Positions 35,941-46,820 of a stretch of DNA of 46,820 nt are shown in pieces. The position numbers were made by a program, and so were the translations under genes. The stretch's first letter is position 1, and the number at the start of each line of letters is the position of its first letter. The stretch comes from Octopus bimaculoides (taxonomy: Eukaryota). The notes beneath the pieces are model-generated. The model was not told the DNA's origin and did not search any database. It worked only from the letters and a program-made list of their open reading frames with translations. The DNA is taken from assembly GCF_001194135.2 (NCBI RefSeq), contig NC_068983.1, positions 22,687,032-22,733,851 of the forward strand, in the 5' to 3' direction.

Positions 35941-36268
35941 TGTCTTCTACTATAGCCCCGGGTCGATTAGAGCCTTGTGAATGGATCTGATAGACGGAAA
36001 CTGAAAATAAACGCGTCGTGTGTGTGTGTGTGTGTGTGTGTTTGTGTCTGTGTTTGTCCCCACCCCCTCTTGACAACTAGTGTTCATGTGTTTACGTCCC
36101 CGTAACCAAGCGGTCCAGCAAAAGAAACCGATAGAATAAGTAGCAGGCTTAAACAATAAATAAGTACTGGGGTCGATTCATTCAACTAAAAATTCTTCAA
36201 GGCGGTGCCCCAGTGTGGCCGCAGTCTAATGGCCGAAACAATTATAACATAAAAGATAAAAGATAAAA
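35941..36268 (+). mobile_element. 5'-truncated SINE family A variant
   Basis: gtcttctactatagcc...gacggaaactgaaa, (TG)n, and (AAAAGAT)n tail. Confidence 0.8.
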
Positions 36269-36466
36269 AGATGATATTTTGATATATACTTTGTATATCC
36301 CATCAAATACGGTATATGGTGGCACATTTACATTTTGTATTTTTACAGATAATGAGGATGAGACAAAAATTTCCTTAACATTTTTTGAGGTGCCAGGTGA
36401 ATGTAAATTTGAGAATTACTGACCAAGGTCACTGAGGATGCATATGAGATTAAACTATTATGATTT

Positions 36467-36691
36467 ATCTGTTGTGTCTGGGGAGAGTCATTTTCTTATT
36501 GTGCCTTAAAATTTAACACACTCACCGGTAAAATTTCCACTTATTTCTTATCTTTAAGACTATTGAAAAGGTTGCATGACGCAACGAACATTTTAGGAAA
36601 ATAAAAATAAGAAATAAGTGGAAATTTTACCGGTGAGTGTGTTAAATTTTAAGGCACAATAAGAAAATGACTCTCCCCAGACACAACAGAA
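36467..36691. mobile_element. Fold-back MITE with perfect 84-bp inverted repeats and probable 8-bp TSD
   Basis: 36468-36551 is the exact reverse complement of 36607-36690; flanks are tatgattt / tatgattc. Confidence 0.9.
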
Positions 36692-38394
36692 TATGATTCA
36701 ACACACGAAATCACATAAAAAATCTTGCAAACCAAATCCCAAAACGAAATATTATGATTAAGATTTGAAAAAATCTAGTGTTCAGTTATCTCAGAAGTAG
36801 CACCACGACGGTGCTTGTAATTAAATATTTAACAGGGGCGTACCCAAGGATGGAGCTGAGGGGCACGTTCCCACCTCAAGGAAAGAAGTGTGCCCTCCTA
36901 AATAATGTTATTACACTCTTTTCTCCTGGAATTGTATTTCCTTCTGACCTTGTGCCCTCCCTTCAAAACATTCCTCGGACTGTGCCTGTTTAATTTGTCA
37001 ATGCCACGAAAGTAAACATTTGAAATGAAATTGCAACGATATGGTAAAACAACGATAAAACTAATGACCAAAAGAGGAATTTTAAATGAACAAGACTTCT
37101 TTACACACTGAAGGACGTTCGAAGGATTCTATCACCATCGTTCTGTTGTTGTACTTTAACAATATAGTTCCCAATTTTGGTTGATTCAGTCAATCTAGTG
37201 CTACTACGAAATAAGTATAGTAGATGATTTGACGTTCCCAACGTATGCGACGGAAACATTGTATAGTTAAATTATTTGCAGTGTTGGTCTTAGATATATC
37301 CAGGAACTACAAATATACATCTATAGAATCATTGTTATTCGACTTTTCGGTGGCATTTCGCTCAGCTGTTTGAAGCGAACAGTGGATTGGACCTTACCGC
37401 CTAACTCGGCGGCCTGCTGCGGCTCGCAGATGGGAATATGGAGTACTACGAAAGGCCGATCGAAGTTGACGAAATAGAAGCGATGGCTGGCTGCACGAGG
37501 GAGGAGTTGCCGAAGCTGGATGGTCTGCCCTACGAACTTTAACTTCATATGTCAGGCTTGCGCGGGAATCTGTTAGCAGTTGTATACTGCAACAGACAGC
37601 AAAACGGGAGAATTCCATATCCTGTGGAAAGAGGCGTGGTGCCAATGCTGTGAAAGGACCCGAAGAAAGGGGATGTTAACGATTTCAGGCTCATATCTCC
37701 GTAAATGCAGAGTTGAAGATTTTGGCGAAGGCGTTAGCAAAGAGGTTGGCACTTATCGTCGACGGTCTGATTGGTGAAACGTAAGTATGCGCCATTCAAA
37801 ACAGATCTATCCACGACAACCTCTATCTCATGCGATACATCATAAAGAGGATTGATAAAGAACTTGGCATGAATTGGTGACGATACTTGGCAGTTGCTCT
37901 CACGGTGACTAGTTTCGGCCCCGTCTTTCTGCAATGTATAACAACATCTACTCGGTGGGTCAGGTGAATGGTCAGCAATTGGAACTATTCAATATCAACG
38001 CGTCTGTCCCTCAAGGTTGTCTCCCTCTCTTGCATATGTACTTGTAAAAGTTGATACTTGTAATAGAGACATTAGTCTCTCTCTATCACCTTTCAACATA
38101 ATTATATATGAAGAAACAGTAGAACAATTTAACAACATAATAAAATAAGTTTTATTTTTGATGATGCTTGGTTATATAAATCCTGTGTCACTCAGCTTAG
38201 CAGCCGCTGATTAGTTTTTAATCGGTATTGGAAGATTAAGAGCTTCCTTGATGCATGCCAGAGGAGCAAGTAGCTATCACCATCGAAGGCATCGTGGTGA
38301 AGAGTGCTTCGATGAGGAGCGAAGTGTTGTCACGTCGAAGGTATCTCGCTCAACTGGTTTAGAAAGTGAAACAAACTCTTTAAGTACTAATTTT

Positions 38395-38450
38395 ACTACG
38401 CATGCGCACTCGAGGGGCTTCCGGTGGTGAAGTCCCTTGCGCGTGCGCAG
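38395..38450 (-). promoter_or_regulatory. NRF1-ETS-NRF1-like motif cluster
   Basis: Minus strand TGCGCACGCGCA (38438-49, matches YGCGCAYGCGCR), CCGGAAG (38418-24), TGCGCATGCGT (38398-408). Confidence 0.35.
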
Positions 38451-40013
38451 AATAATACTTCCTCAATGGCAGCTATAATTTCGCGCCACTACATACTGAT
38501 TCTAGAACCACAACTACGGAAACAGATGTTGAGGAGCATCCTGCGCGAGCTAGGACGTGGGAGAACTGTGTCAGCATACTCGGACACTAGGCACATAGAC
38601 CCGATCGACACCGCTCCAAAAGAATGAGTGGTAGTGACAGAAGTAAAAAAAACAACCACGAAAAGTCAGCGGACTGTAGTTCGGCTCCTACAGAGGCAGG
38701 ACCATGCCGTTCAACAGCATCGTGGGACGCCAGACGAATAGACCGATTAAATTGCTTGAGGTCTGGCTTGGTTCAGATCTCCAGGTGAAGAATAAGTGGG
38801 ACAAGGTGACAAGCAGGACGACCGGGCCGAGAAAAAGCTATCCCTAAAAGGTTGAACAAAGATGGCGAACGCATGTATCGCCACCATCCTATTATCGCTT
38901 GACCATCGTACTCTGCCCCAGTTCACGTCTGACCGAACTGAAGCACGAACTGACCAGGTTTCTGCAGAAGGAATACGTTCAGTTCAGGCGATCTATGTTG
39001 TTGTCTACATCCGCTAAATGGAAGATTGGGCATGCTATAGATGACGATGCGCAGACATGCGCTGAGGCTGCGACATCTCTAAGCATTTCCTTGGCGGTGA
39101 GCATATATGGTCGCCGTTTGTCAGACTCGCTTCTCCTTATCTTATCTCTTTGACTGAGCTGCTGTCCTGGATCAGGCGTAGACCAAGGCAGGTCACCTAG
39201 CACCTAAAATACCACCAGACGCCTACAACCCTCTGCCTGTCAAGCAATACGGTCAGTGGAAGTTACGCTGTTATACATAGGTTTAGTGGTGGGCAAGAGC
39301 AACGATTTTCTCGGGTAGACTCTGGGCATCAATGAGAATCAACTGGCTGGCCTGATCTGGAGGACTTTCAGTCCGGAGCACATGGGTAAGTTTTAGAAAT
39401 CTCTGACCTGTGAGTACTTCTGGATGACATTGTCGGTTCAAGATAAACTCCATAGGCATAGAAGTGCTGTCATTCGGACATGCCCAAAATGCTCATAGAG
39501 CGATGAAACTGTTCGGCACGTACTCGTCCAATGCTCGAGCGTTGCTGATTTGTGGAATCATGCCAAACGTCTGCAGTTGCGTGTAGGACGGATTCGGTTA
39601 TTAGTTCAATCCATTGCGAAGATCTCCCGCCACCTTCTTTTGGTCGTGAAGTACAGGCAGTGTTTACTTATCTGGTGGCCTTAGCGAAAGAAATTGGGTA
39701 TTGAGCCAGACTGAAAGGGTTGAAGATAACTACCTTTCTCTTTGGCCAAGCCCTCCTCAACTGTTTCAAGTTTCACTTGAAAAGGAAAGTAAGGTTGGAA
39801 AGGTAAGTGCTGTCTTCTAGTGGAAAGATGGGTGAATATAGCAAGGATAGTCCAAACTGGCCTGATCTGAGCATTCACTTGTAGATTGAGGTGAGGGCGT
39901 CCATGGTTTTGTGGGGTTTTCACGAGAAACCTTTGAAAGTCTCTCTCGCCGTTGGAGAATCTTTCTTCTTTGAACTTTGTTGTTTCTTTGTTTTTGTTAT
40001 TTTTACTGTTTAT

Positions 40014-40067
40014 ATGATGTGGGGTTACAAGAAGGTGTTTACGCACCTTCTTGTAACCCCACATCAT
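40014..40067. repeat. Perfect 24-bp inverted repeat with 6-nt loop
   Basis: atgatgtggggttacaagaaggtg-tttacg-caccttcttgtaaccccacatcat. Confidence 0.95.
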
Positions 40068-40133
40068 GTCATACTGTATCGTACTATACCATCCTTGCTC
40101 TTTGTGTAAACCCTTAGTGGTTAGTAAAGAAAT

Positions 40134-40170
40134 TATCATCATCATCTTCATCATCATCATCATCATCTAC

Positions 40171-40215
<45 letters not shown>

Positions 40216-40216
40216 G

Positions 40217-40277
<61 letters not shown>

Positions 40278-40292
40278 CAGCAGCAGCAGTAG
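40134..40292. repeat. Compound (ATC)(AGT)(GGT)(AGT)(AGC) microsatellite
   Basis: Directly visible. Confidence 0.95.
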
Positions 40293-41381
40293 TTGAAATA
40301 TGTCGTGGTGTTGCAAAATCACTAGAACATTGTGTTAAAAGCCTTATCAGTTCAAATCGAGCTAGCTTCAAATTTTCCTCTTATTTATATCCGGGCGTCG
40401 ATACCGACAAGCACTCTTTTCTAACAAATTTACATCCTTGTGTCGATGTAAGAAGTAAAAGATCATTATTGGAAACGAACGAAAGCGTTCATTTGTTTTG
40501 CTTTTATTTTGCTTAAAGGAATTACAATAAAAATTTATTACTTATGAATTTATTTGTTAATATTGGAAAGCTCTTGTTTTAGTCCATCTAAAATGGCAGA
40601 ACTAAGGCTCCTTGCCAGCAATGTTATTCCAGACGATATAAAACAAGTTCTATCGTCCTAAATTTATTACTTTCTTCTTAGCTTCGTATAACAGTATCAA
40701 AATACACGCTTATCACTATAACCAAGTTAGATTCAATTGACAGAGATTCAAATTACATCCTTATCACTTGAACTGAGTTTCTTTGACAACGGAAACTTAG
40801 CTTTGGCGATAAAGATATAATTTACAACTCTGTTTTCTGGGACAAGATGCTACACTCTCAACGTCGTACTTTTAGAATCAATATTACAGTCTCGAAACCA
40901 CAGAATGCTGGATCGATAAATGCTAGAGTACTGAAAAATAATCAAAAGAGTGTTTCGCATCCCAACACATCCTATGCGTTGTGTATATAACCAAGGCTTC
41001 CAGGTTTCAATGATACAGAGTTCATTTACTTCTAAGTAGACAGTGAGAGTACTGCAAAACGGAATAGTGTATCGTTTGGGTTTGTTTAAGTAATGAGTTC
41101 AATTTCTCCAGTGAGACTGAAAAGAACTACGAGAGTCTTCTTAAGTGTACTTTCTTCATTATTGAATTTCTATATGAAGACTAGTTGTTTAGTTACGATC
41201 AAGTTACATTATTAACTATTACTAATATGGTCCCAGACTCTTCTTCTCAAAACCAATCTGATCTGGAGTATCTCTCGTATCTTTTAATAATCCTTCATGA
41301 ATTTAGTGTTAAAATGACCAATTAGATAACGTGTCGGATTCTTGTCCCTAATATTACATTCGATATCAAAATATTGGTGTC

Positions 41382-41590
41382 AAATTTTTGGCACAAGGCC
41401 AGTAATTTCGGGGGAAGGGGTAAGTCGATTACATTGACCTCAGTACCCAACTGGTCCTTATTTCATTGATCCCGAAAGGATGAAAGGTAAAGTCGACTTC
41501 GGCGAAATTTAAACTCAGAACGTGTAGACGGACGAAATGCCGCAAAGCATTTTGCCCATCGTGCTAACAATTCTGCCAGCTCGCTACCTT
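41382..41590 (-). mobile_element. SINE family B
   Basis: Reverse complement of head, core and gccttgtgccaaaaatttga tail. Confidence 0.85.
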
Positions 41591-41691
41591 ACTGCAAATC
41601 AACGCTTTTAGTTTTGGTGTAATCAATCGAAATTGAGGCGTGGAAGACATAAGTTAGCCATTTAGAAACACAGAAAGACCGACAACTTCTC

Positions 41692-42006
41692 AAAATATTC
41701 TCTGAACGCATTTTCAGCATCGGTTTGATTTTTGAACTCCTCTTGCAGGAAACTATCAAGGTGCTTGAAAAAGTGGTAGTCGGTAGGAGAAAGGTCTGGG
41801 GAATAAGCTGGGTGGGGAAGAACTTTGTAGCTAAGTTCCTCAACTTCTGAAGCGCCATTAGTGGAACGGGTGGCCGAGCATTGTCATGAAGAATGATTGG
41901 CCCCCATCTGTTAACCAGTCTGGGAAGAGGAGTTGCAGTTTTTCCTTCATTTTGGCAGTTTCATGGCAATGTTTCTGCAGTTTTTCTGGGTTTTAAGAAG
42001 TTATAG
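41692..42006 (-). pseudogene. Mariner transposase C-terminal fragment, Hsmar1/cecropia-like
   Basis: RLVNRWGPIILHDNARPPVPLMALQKL/ELSYKVLPHPAYSPDLSPTDYHFFKHLDSFLQ..FKNQTDAENAF; D34D spacing with one frameshift. Confidence 0.9.
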
Positions 42007-42435
42007 NNNNNNNNNNNNNNNNNNNNNNNNNNNNNNNNNNNNNNNNNNNNNNNNNNNNNNNNNNNNNNNNNNNNNNNNNNNNNNNNNNNNNNNNNNNNNN
42101 NNNNNNNNNNNNNNNNNNNNNNNNNNNNNNNNNNNNNNNNNNNNNNNNNNNNNNNNNNNNNNNNNNNNNNNNNNNNNNNNNNNNNNNNNNNNNNNNNNNN
42201 NNNNNNNNNNNNNNNNNNNNNNNNNNNNNNNNNNNNNNNNNNNNNNNNNNNNNNNNNNNNNNNNNNNNNNNNNNNNNNNNNNNNNNNNNNNNNNNNNNNN
42301 NNNNNNNNNNNNNNNNNNNNNNNNNNNNNNNNNNNNNNNNNNNNNNNNNNNNNNNNNNNNNNNNNNNNNNCTATTTCAGTTTGGTACCTTTGGTTTTGGC
42401 TAAATTCAGTTTGGAATTGATTAAGACCATTCCGA

Positions 42436-42835
42436 AGGCGACGAGCTGGAGGAATCGTTACTGCGCCGGATAAAATGCTGGCAGAAACGTTAGCACACCG
42501 GGCGAAATGCTTAACGGTATTTTGTCTGCCGCTACGGTTCTGAGTTCAAATTCCGCCGAGGTCGACTTTGCCTTTCATCCTTTCGGGGTCGATTAAATAA
42601 GTACCAGTTACGCACTGGAGTCGATGTAATCGACTTAAACCCTTTGTCTGTCCTTGTTTGTCCCCTCTATGTTTAGCCCCCAGTGGGCAGTAAAGAAATA
42701 GGCATTTATTTTGCCTTTACGTTTTGAGATCAAATTCCGCTGAGATCAGCAATACCTGTCGAGATCTGTGGTCGATATAATCTATTAGCCCCACCCCCAC
42801 AAAATTCCAGGCCTTGTGCCTGTCGTAGAAAGGAT
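42436..42835 (+). mobile_element. SINE family B with duplicated head and Tx1-type tail, followed by a partial second copy
   Basis: Head fragment at 42436, full copy ~42478-42700, partial copy 42715-42835. Confidence 0.85.
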
Positions 42836-42924
42836 TAAAACCGCTCCACTCGCCATTTGTTAACTCCCAGTTCCTTTGCAAAATGCACGTTCTGTTTAAT
42901 AAAATGAAAAAAAAAATTGTTTCT

Positions 42925-43065
42925 AAGTTGGCACAAGATCAGAAAGATTTAGGGGAGGGTGTTACTCAATACTGACGACTCCAACTCTTGACTGGTACTT
43001 TGTTTTATCGATCTAGGAGGAATCACTGGCAAAGGTGACCTCGGTGGTATTCGAACTCAGAATGT
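42925..43065 (-). mobile_element. Degenerate SINE family B
   Basis: ttggcacaag...actggtactttgttttatcga...cgaactcagaa. Confidence 0.65.
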
Positions 43066-43357
43066 AAAAAGCCAGAATTCCAATACTCCAAAGATTTTGT
43101 CAAACTTTTGCCGTTGCTTCGTAAGAAGTATGGTGTTAAAATGTTGGGTTTATACAGATGGCGAAGGCCGGTCGTTAGTCATAGACACTTCTGTAAGTAG
43201 ATATCTGTTGAGTAACTTACCTTTTAACCCCTGACCTTTGATGTTTGACCCACGACCAGTCAGGCAACCAGTTAGCCAGCCAGCCAACCAGTCAACCAAC
43301 TTATTAGTCAACGTGTCAGCTAACTTTGAAGGATAATTCTAGAGCTAGCTTGAACAT

Positions 43358-43590
43358 ACTCTTTTATTCTTTTACTTGTTTCAGTCATTTGACTGCGGCC
43401 ATGCTAGGGTACCGCCTTTAGTCGAGCAAATCGACCCAGGACTTATTTTTTGTAAGCCTAGTACTTATTCTATCGGTCTCTTTTTGCCGAACCGCTAAGT
43501 TACGGGGACGTAAACACACCAGCATCGGTTGTCAAGCGATGTTGAGAGGACAAACACAGACACACAAACATATACACACACACATACACA

Positions 43591-43623
<33 letters not shown>

Positions 43624-43631
43624 CTATACAC
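43358..43631 (-). mobile_element. SINE family A, 3' half running into a gap
   Basis: Near-identical to 1675-1955. Confidence 0.9.
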
Positions 43632-45088
43632 NNNNNNNNNNNNNNNNNNNNNNNNNNNNNNNNNNNNNNNNNNNNNNNNNNNNNNNNNNNNNNNNNNNNN
43701 NNNNNNNNNNNNNNNNNNNNNNNNNNNNNNNNNNNNNNNNNNNNNNNNNNNNNNNNNNNNNNNNNNNNNNNNNNNNNNNNNNNNNNNNNNNNNNNNNNNN
43801 NNNNNNNNNNNNNNNNNNNNNNNNNNNNNNNNNNNNNNNNNNNNNNNNNNNNNNNNNNNNNNNNNNNNNNNNNNNNNNNNNNNNNNNNNNNNNNNNNNNN
43901 NNNNNNNNNNNNNNNNNNNNNNNNNNNNNNNNNNNNNNNNNNNNNNNNNNNNNNNNNNNNNNNNNNNNNNNNNNNNNNNNNNNNNNNNNNNNNNNNNNNN
44001 NNNNNNNNNNNNNNNNNNNNNNNNNNNNNNNNNNNNNNNNNNNNNNNNNNNNNNNNNNNNNNNNNNNNNNNNNNNNNNNNNNNNNNNNNNNNNNNNNNNN
44101 NTTATTTACCTTTTTTTTTTCCTTTTTCAAAGCGGACTAACTACATTATCCGATGTGTCCATCTTAATTGTTTAAAATGGTAGAGTATAATTTGATTGAG
44201 GAAGGTTGATCGCCGTTTCTAGCAGATTCAGCGACCTCGTAGAGGCTCTCTGGAGGGTGGTGTTGTTGGAGTACGGGTTAAGCGATGAGATATTGAAGCG
44301 AAGGGGCTTGGATAGTGTATGGGGACGGAAGCAGCGACGGCGGCAACAGCAGTGATGGTGATGATGGCAGTGGTGGTGATGGTGGTTGTGGCGGCCATGA
44401 TGATGATTTGGAAATGGATTATTATTTTGTTTTTAGCGTTAGTTATTTCGTTTCCTATATGACTAATGTTACTGTACTTATTCTATCAGATTTCTTTTAC
44501 ATATTGTGGGTGGATGGATGGTTGGACGGTTGAACGGTTGGAGCTTGTGTAAGAATCACTGCTGTATAAATGTGTTTGTATAAAGAAGATGGAGAAATAC
44601 AGTGGCTAGAATGGGTGGTGGTGAGAGTAGAGAAATCTGTGGAAGAGACTAGAAAAGGAGGGAGAAAGGGATAGAAAGAGGAGAGGTATCTGAGAGCGTT
44701 GTTAGCTTGTGTGGTGTTCTTGCAACGGGCAAAATAATTTATATGTATGATGGTGGTGACGGAGGTAGTGTTGGTTAGTGTTGGCGATGGTGGTGATGGT
44801 GGTGGTTGTAGTGGTAGTGGTGATGGTAGTGTAGGTGGTGATGGCTTTGGTGTTGGTCGTGGGGGTGGTATGTATGTATGTATGTTTGTATGTATGTATG
44901 TATTATGTATGTATTATGTATGTATATATGTTTGTATATATGAATGTATATGTATTATGTATGCATATATTTGCATGCATATATGTATATATGTATGTAT
45001 ATGTATGTATTATGTATGTATGTTTGCATATATGCATGTATATACGTATGCATGTATATATTGTGTATGTTTGTACACAATATATACA

Positions 45089-45243
45089 GGCGTGGGAGTG
45101 GCTGTGTAGTAAATAGCTTTCTTACCAACCACATGGTTCCGGGTTCAGTCCCACTGCCTGGCACCTTGGTCTTCTACTATAGCCTCGGGCCGACCAAAGC
45201 CTTGTGAGTGGATTTGGTAGACGGAAACTGAAAGAAGCCCGTC

Positions 45244-45285
<42 letters not shown>
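45089..45285 (+). mobile_element. SINE family A, 5' part running into a gap
   Basis: Head as at 22227, with a small deletion in caccttgg..gtcttctac. Confidence 0.9.
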
Positions 45286-46536
45286 NNNNNNNNNNNNNNN
45301 NNNNNNNNNNNNNNNNNNNNNNNNNNNNNNNNNNNNNNNNNNNNNNNNNNNNNNNNNNNNNNNNNNNNNNNNNNNNNNNNNNNNNNNNNNNNNNNNNNNN
45401 NNNNNNNNNNNNNNNNNNNNNNNNNNNNNNNNNNNNNNNNNNNNNNNNNNNNNNNNNNNNNNNNNNNNNNNNNNNNNNNNNNNNNNNNNNNNNNNNNNNN
45501 NNNNNNNNNNNNNNNNNNNNNNNNNNNNNNNNNNNNNNNNNNNNNNNNNNNNNNNNNNNNNNNNNNNNNNNNNNNNNNNNNNNNNNNNNNNNNNNNNNNN
45601 NNNNNNNNNNNNNNNNNNNNNNNNNNNNNNNNNNNNNNNNNNNNNNNNNNNNNNNNNNNNNNNNNNNNNNNNNNNNNNNNNNNNNNNNNNNNNNNNNNNN
45701 NNNNNNNNNNNNNNNNNNNNNNNNNNNNNNNNNNNNNNNNNNNNNNNNNNNNNNNNNNNNNNNNNNNNNNNNNNNNNNNNNNNNNNNNNNNNNNNNNNNN
45801 NNNNNNNNNNNNNNNNNNNNNNNNNNNNNNNNNNNNNNNNNNNNNNNNNNNNNNNNNNNNNNNNNNNNNNNNNNNNNNNNNNNNNNNNNNNNNNNNNNNN
45901 NNNNNNNNNNNNNNNNNNNNNNNNNNNNNNNNNNNNNNNNNNNNNNNNNNNNNNNNNNNNNNNNNNNNNNNNNNNNNNNNNNNNNNNNNNNNNNNNNNNN
46001 NNNNNNNNNGTGTGTGTGTGTGTGTGAGTGTGTGCGTGTGGTGCGTATGCGTGTATGTATGAAGACATATGTGGGCATTTATACGCGTGTATTAATATGT
46101 GTTTATGCAGGAACGTATTTATGTATATATGTGTCTGTCTGTTTGTATGTATGTATGTGTGTATGTATGTATGCTTGTGTATATACGTGTATGTATGTAT
46201 GTATGTATGTATGAGTATAGAATGTATGTATGAATATATGTAGGTGTGTACTGAAAGGTATGTGTGTTTGTATGATGTTATGTATGTATGTATGTAAGCA
46301 TGCATACATGTGTTTATGTACCTACATATGTATGTAATGTATATAATGGAAATAGGTTTTAGAAAACGGGGGGTACGCTAAGGAACACGAGGCTGATGTC
46401 GAGAGGCAGGAGTGTTTAAACACTAGAAGCCCTCTATGCATGAACAGAATAGCGAAGGAAAGCCATCCCTAAATATTCTCTTGTTTTCATAATTGTATGT
46501 ACGTAAGTACGTACGTACTTACGTATGTGTGAGTGC

Positions 46537-46573
<37 letters not shown>

Positions 46574-46780
46574 CATACATGCATTCGTATGTATGTGTGA
46601 GTATACACACACATGCACACATACAGTTGCTTATTCGTTGATTTTGGTAACCATGGACATTTACAGATACTTAGATTTTATAAATTATTTGAATTAGTTT
46701 GAATTAACCGTCTTACGAACGGTCACGTGAAACTCTGAGCAACGGTTTTTAGTGAAGTTTTTTTTCCGTTTCAATAAAAC

Positions 46781-46820
<40 letters not shown>

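Larger units (their letters stand above)
37330..40133 (+). mobile_element. Decayed, 5'-truncated Tx1/L1-clade LINE (RT, C-terminal CCHC, 3' UTR), interrupted at ~38046-38455
   Basis: Motifs across stops and frameshifts: DGLPYEL, KKGDVNDFRLIS, KILAKALAKRL, RSIHDNLYLMRYII, VNG...SVPQGC, ILEPQLRK...VSAYSD, KLSLKG, TCPKCS*SDETVRHVLVQC. Ends taaagaaat before (ATC)n. Confidence 0.9.

Noticed and set aside
36833-36990. Possible old MITE (caggggcgtacccaagga ... tcctcggactgtgcctg)
   Set aside because: The terminal inverted match is too degenerate to support.

Overview
AT-rich, microsatellite-saturated, gap-rich animal scaffold. The repeat make-up suggests a coleoid cephalopod (octopus-like); this is an inference. 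No host protein-coding gene can be called with confidence, and nearly all ORFs in the supplied track are microsatellite or N-gap artefacts. The window is mostly mobile-element debris: a TIR- and TA-flanked mariner (2764-3847), a second mariner fragment (41692-42006), RTE LINE 3' ends, a decayed Tx1/L1-clade LINE (~37330-40133), a Helitron helicase remnant with a CTAG 3' end (28650-29660), a Penelope-like ORF fragment, MITEs and several SINE families. There is also one tRNA-Thr(CGT)-like gene (650-740). The most notable observation is six unrelated hammerhead-ribozyme-like motifs within ~21 kb, each near a simple-repeat tract and each with a different core or core-adjacent deviation; two fold as near-complete type I hammerheads. 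Other highlights: a SINE 3' tail shared with Tx1-type LINE 3' ends, a perfect 24-bp hairpin in the decayed LINE 3' UTR, and an unexplained insert carrying NRF1/ETS promoter motifs inside the LINE RT.
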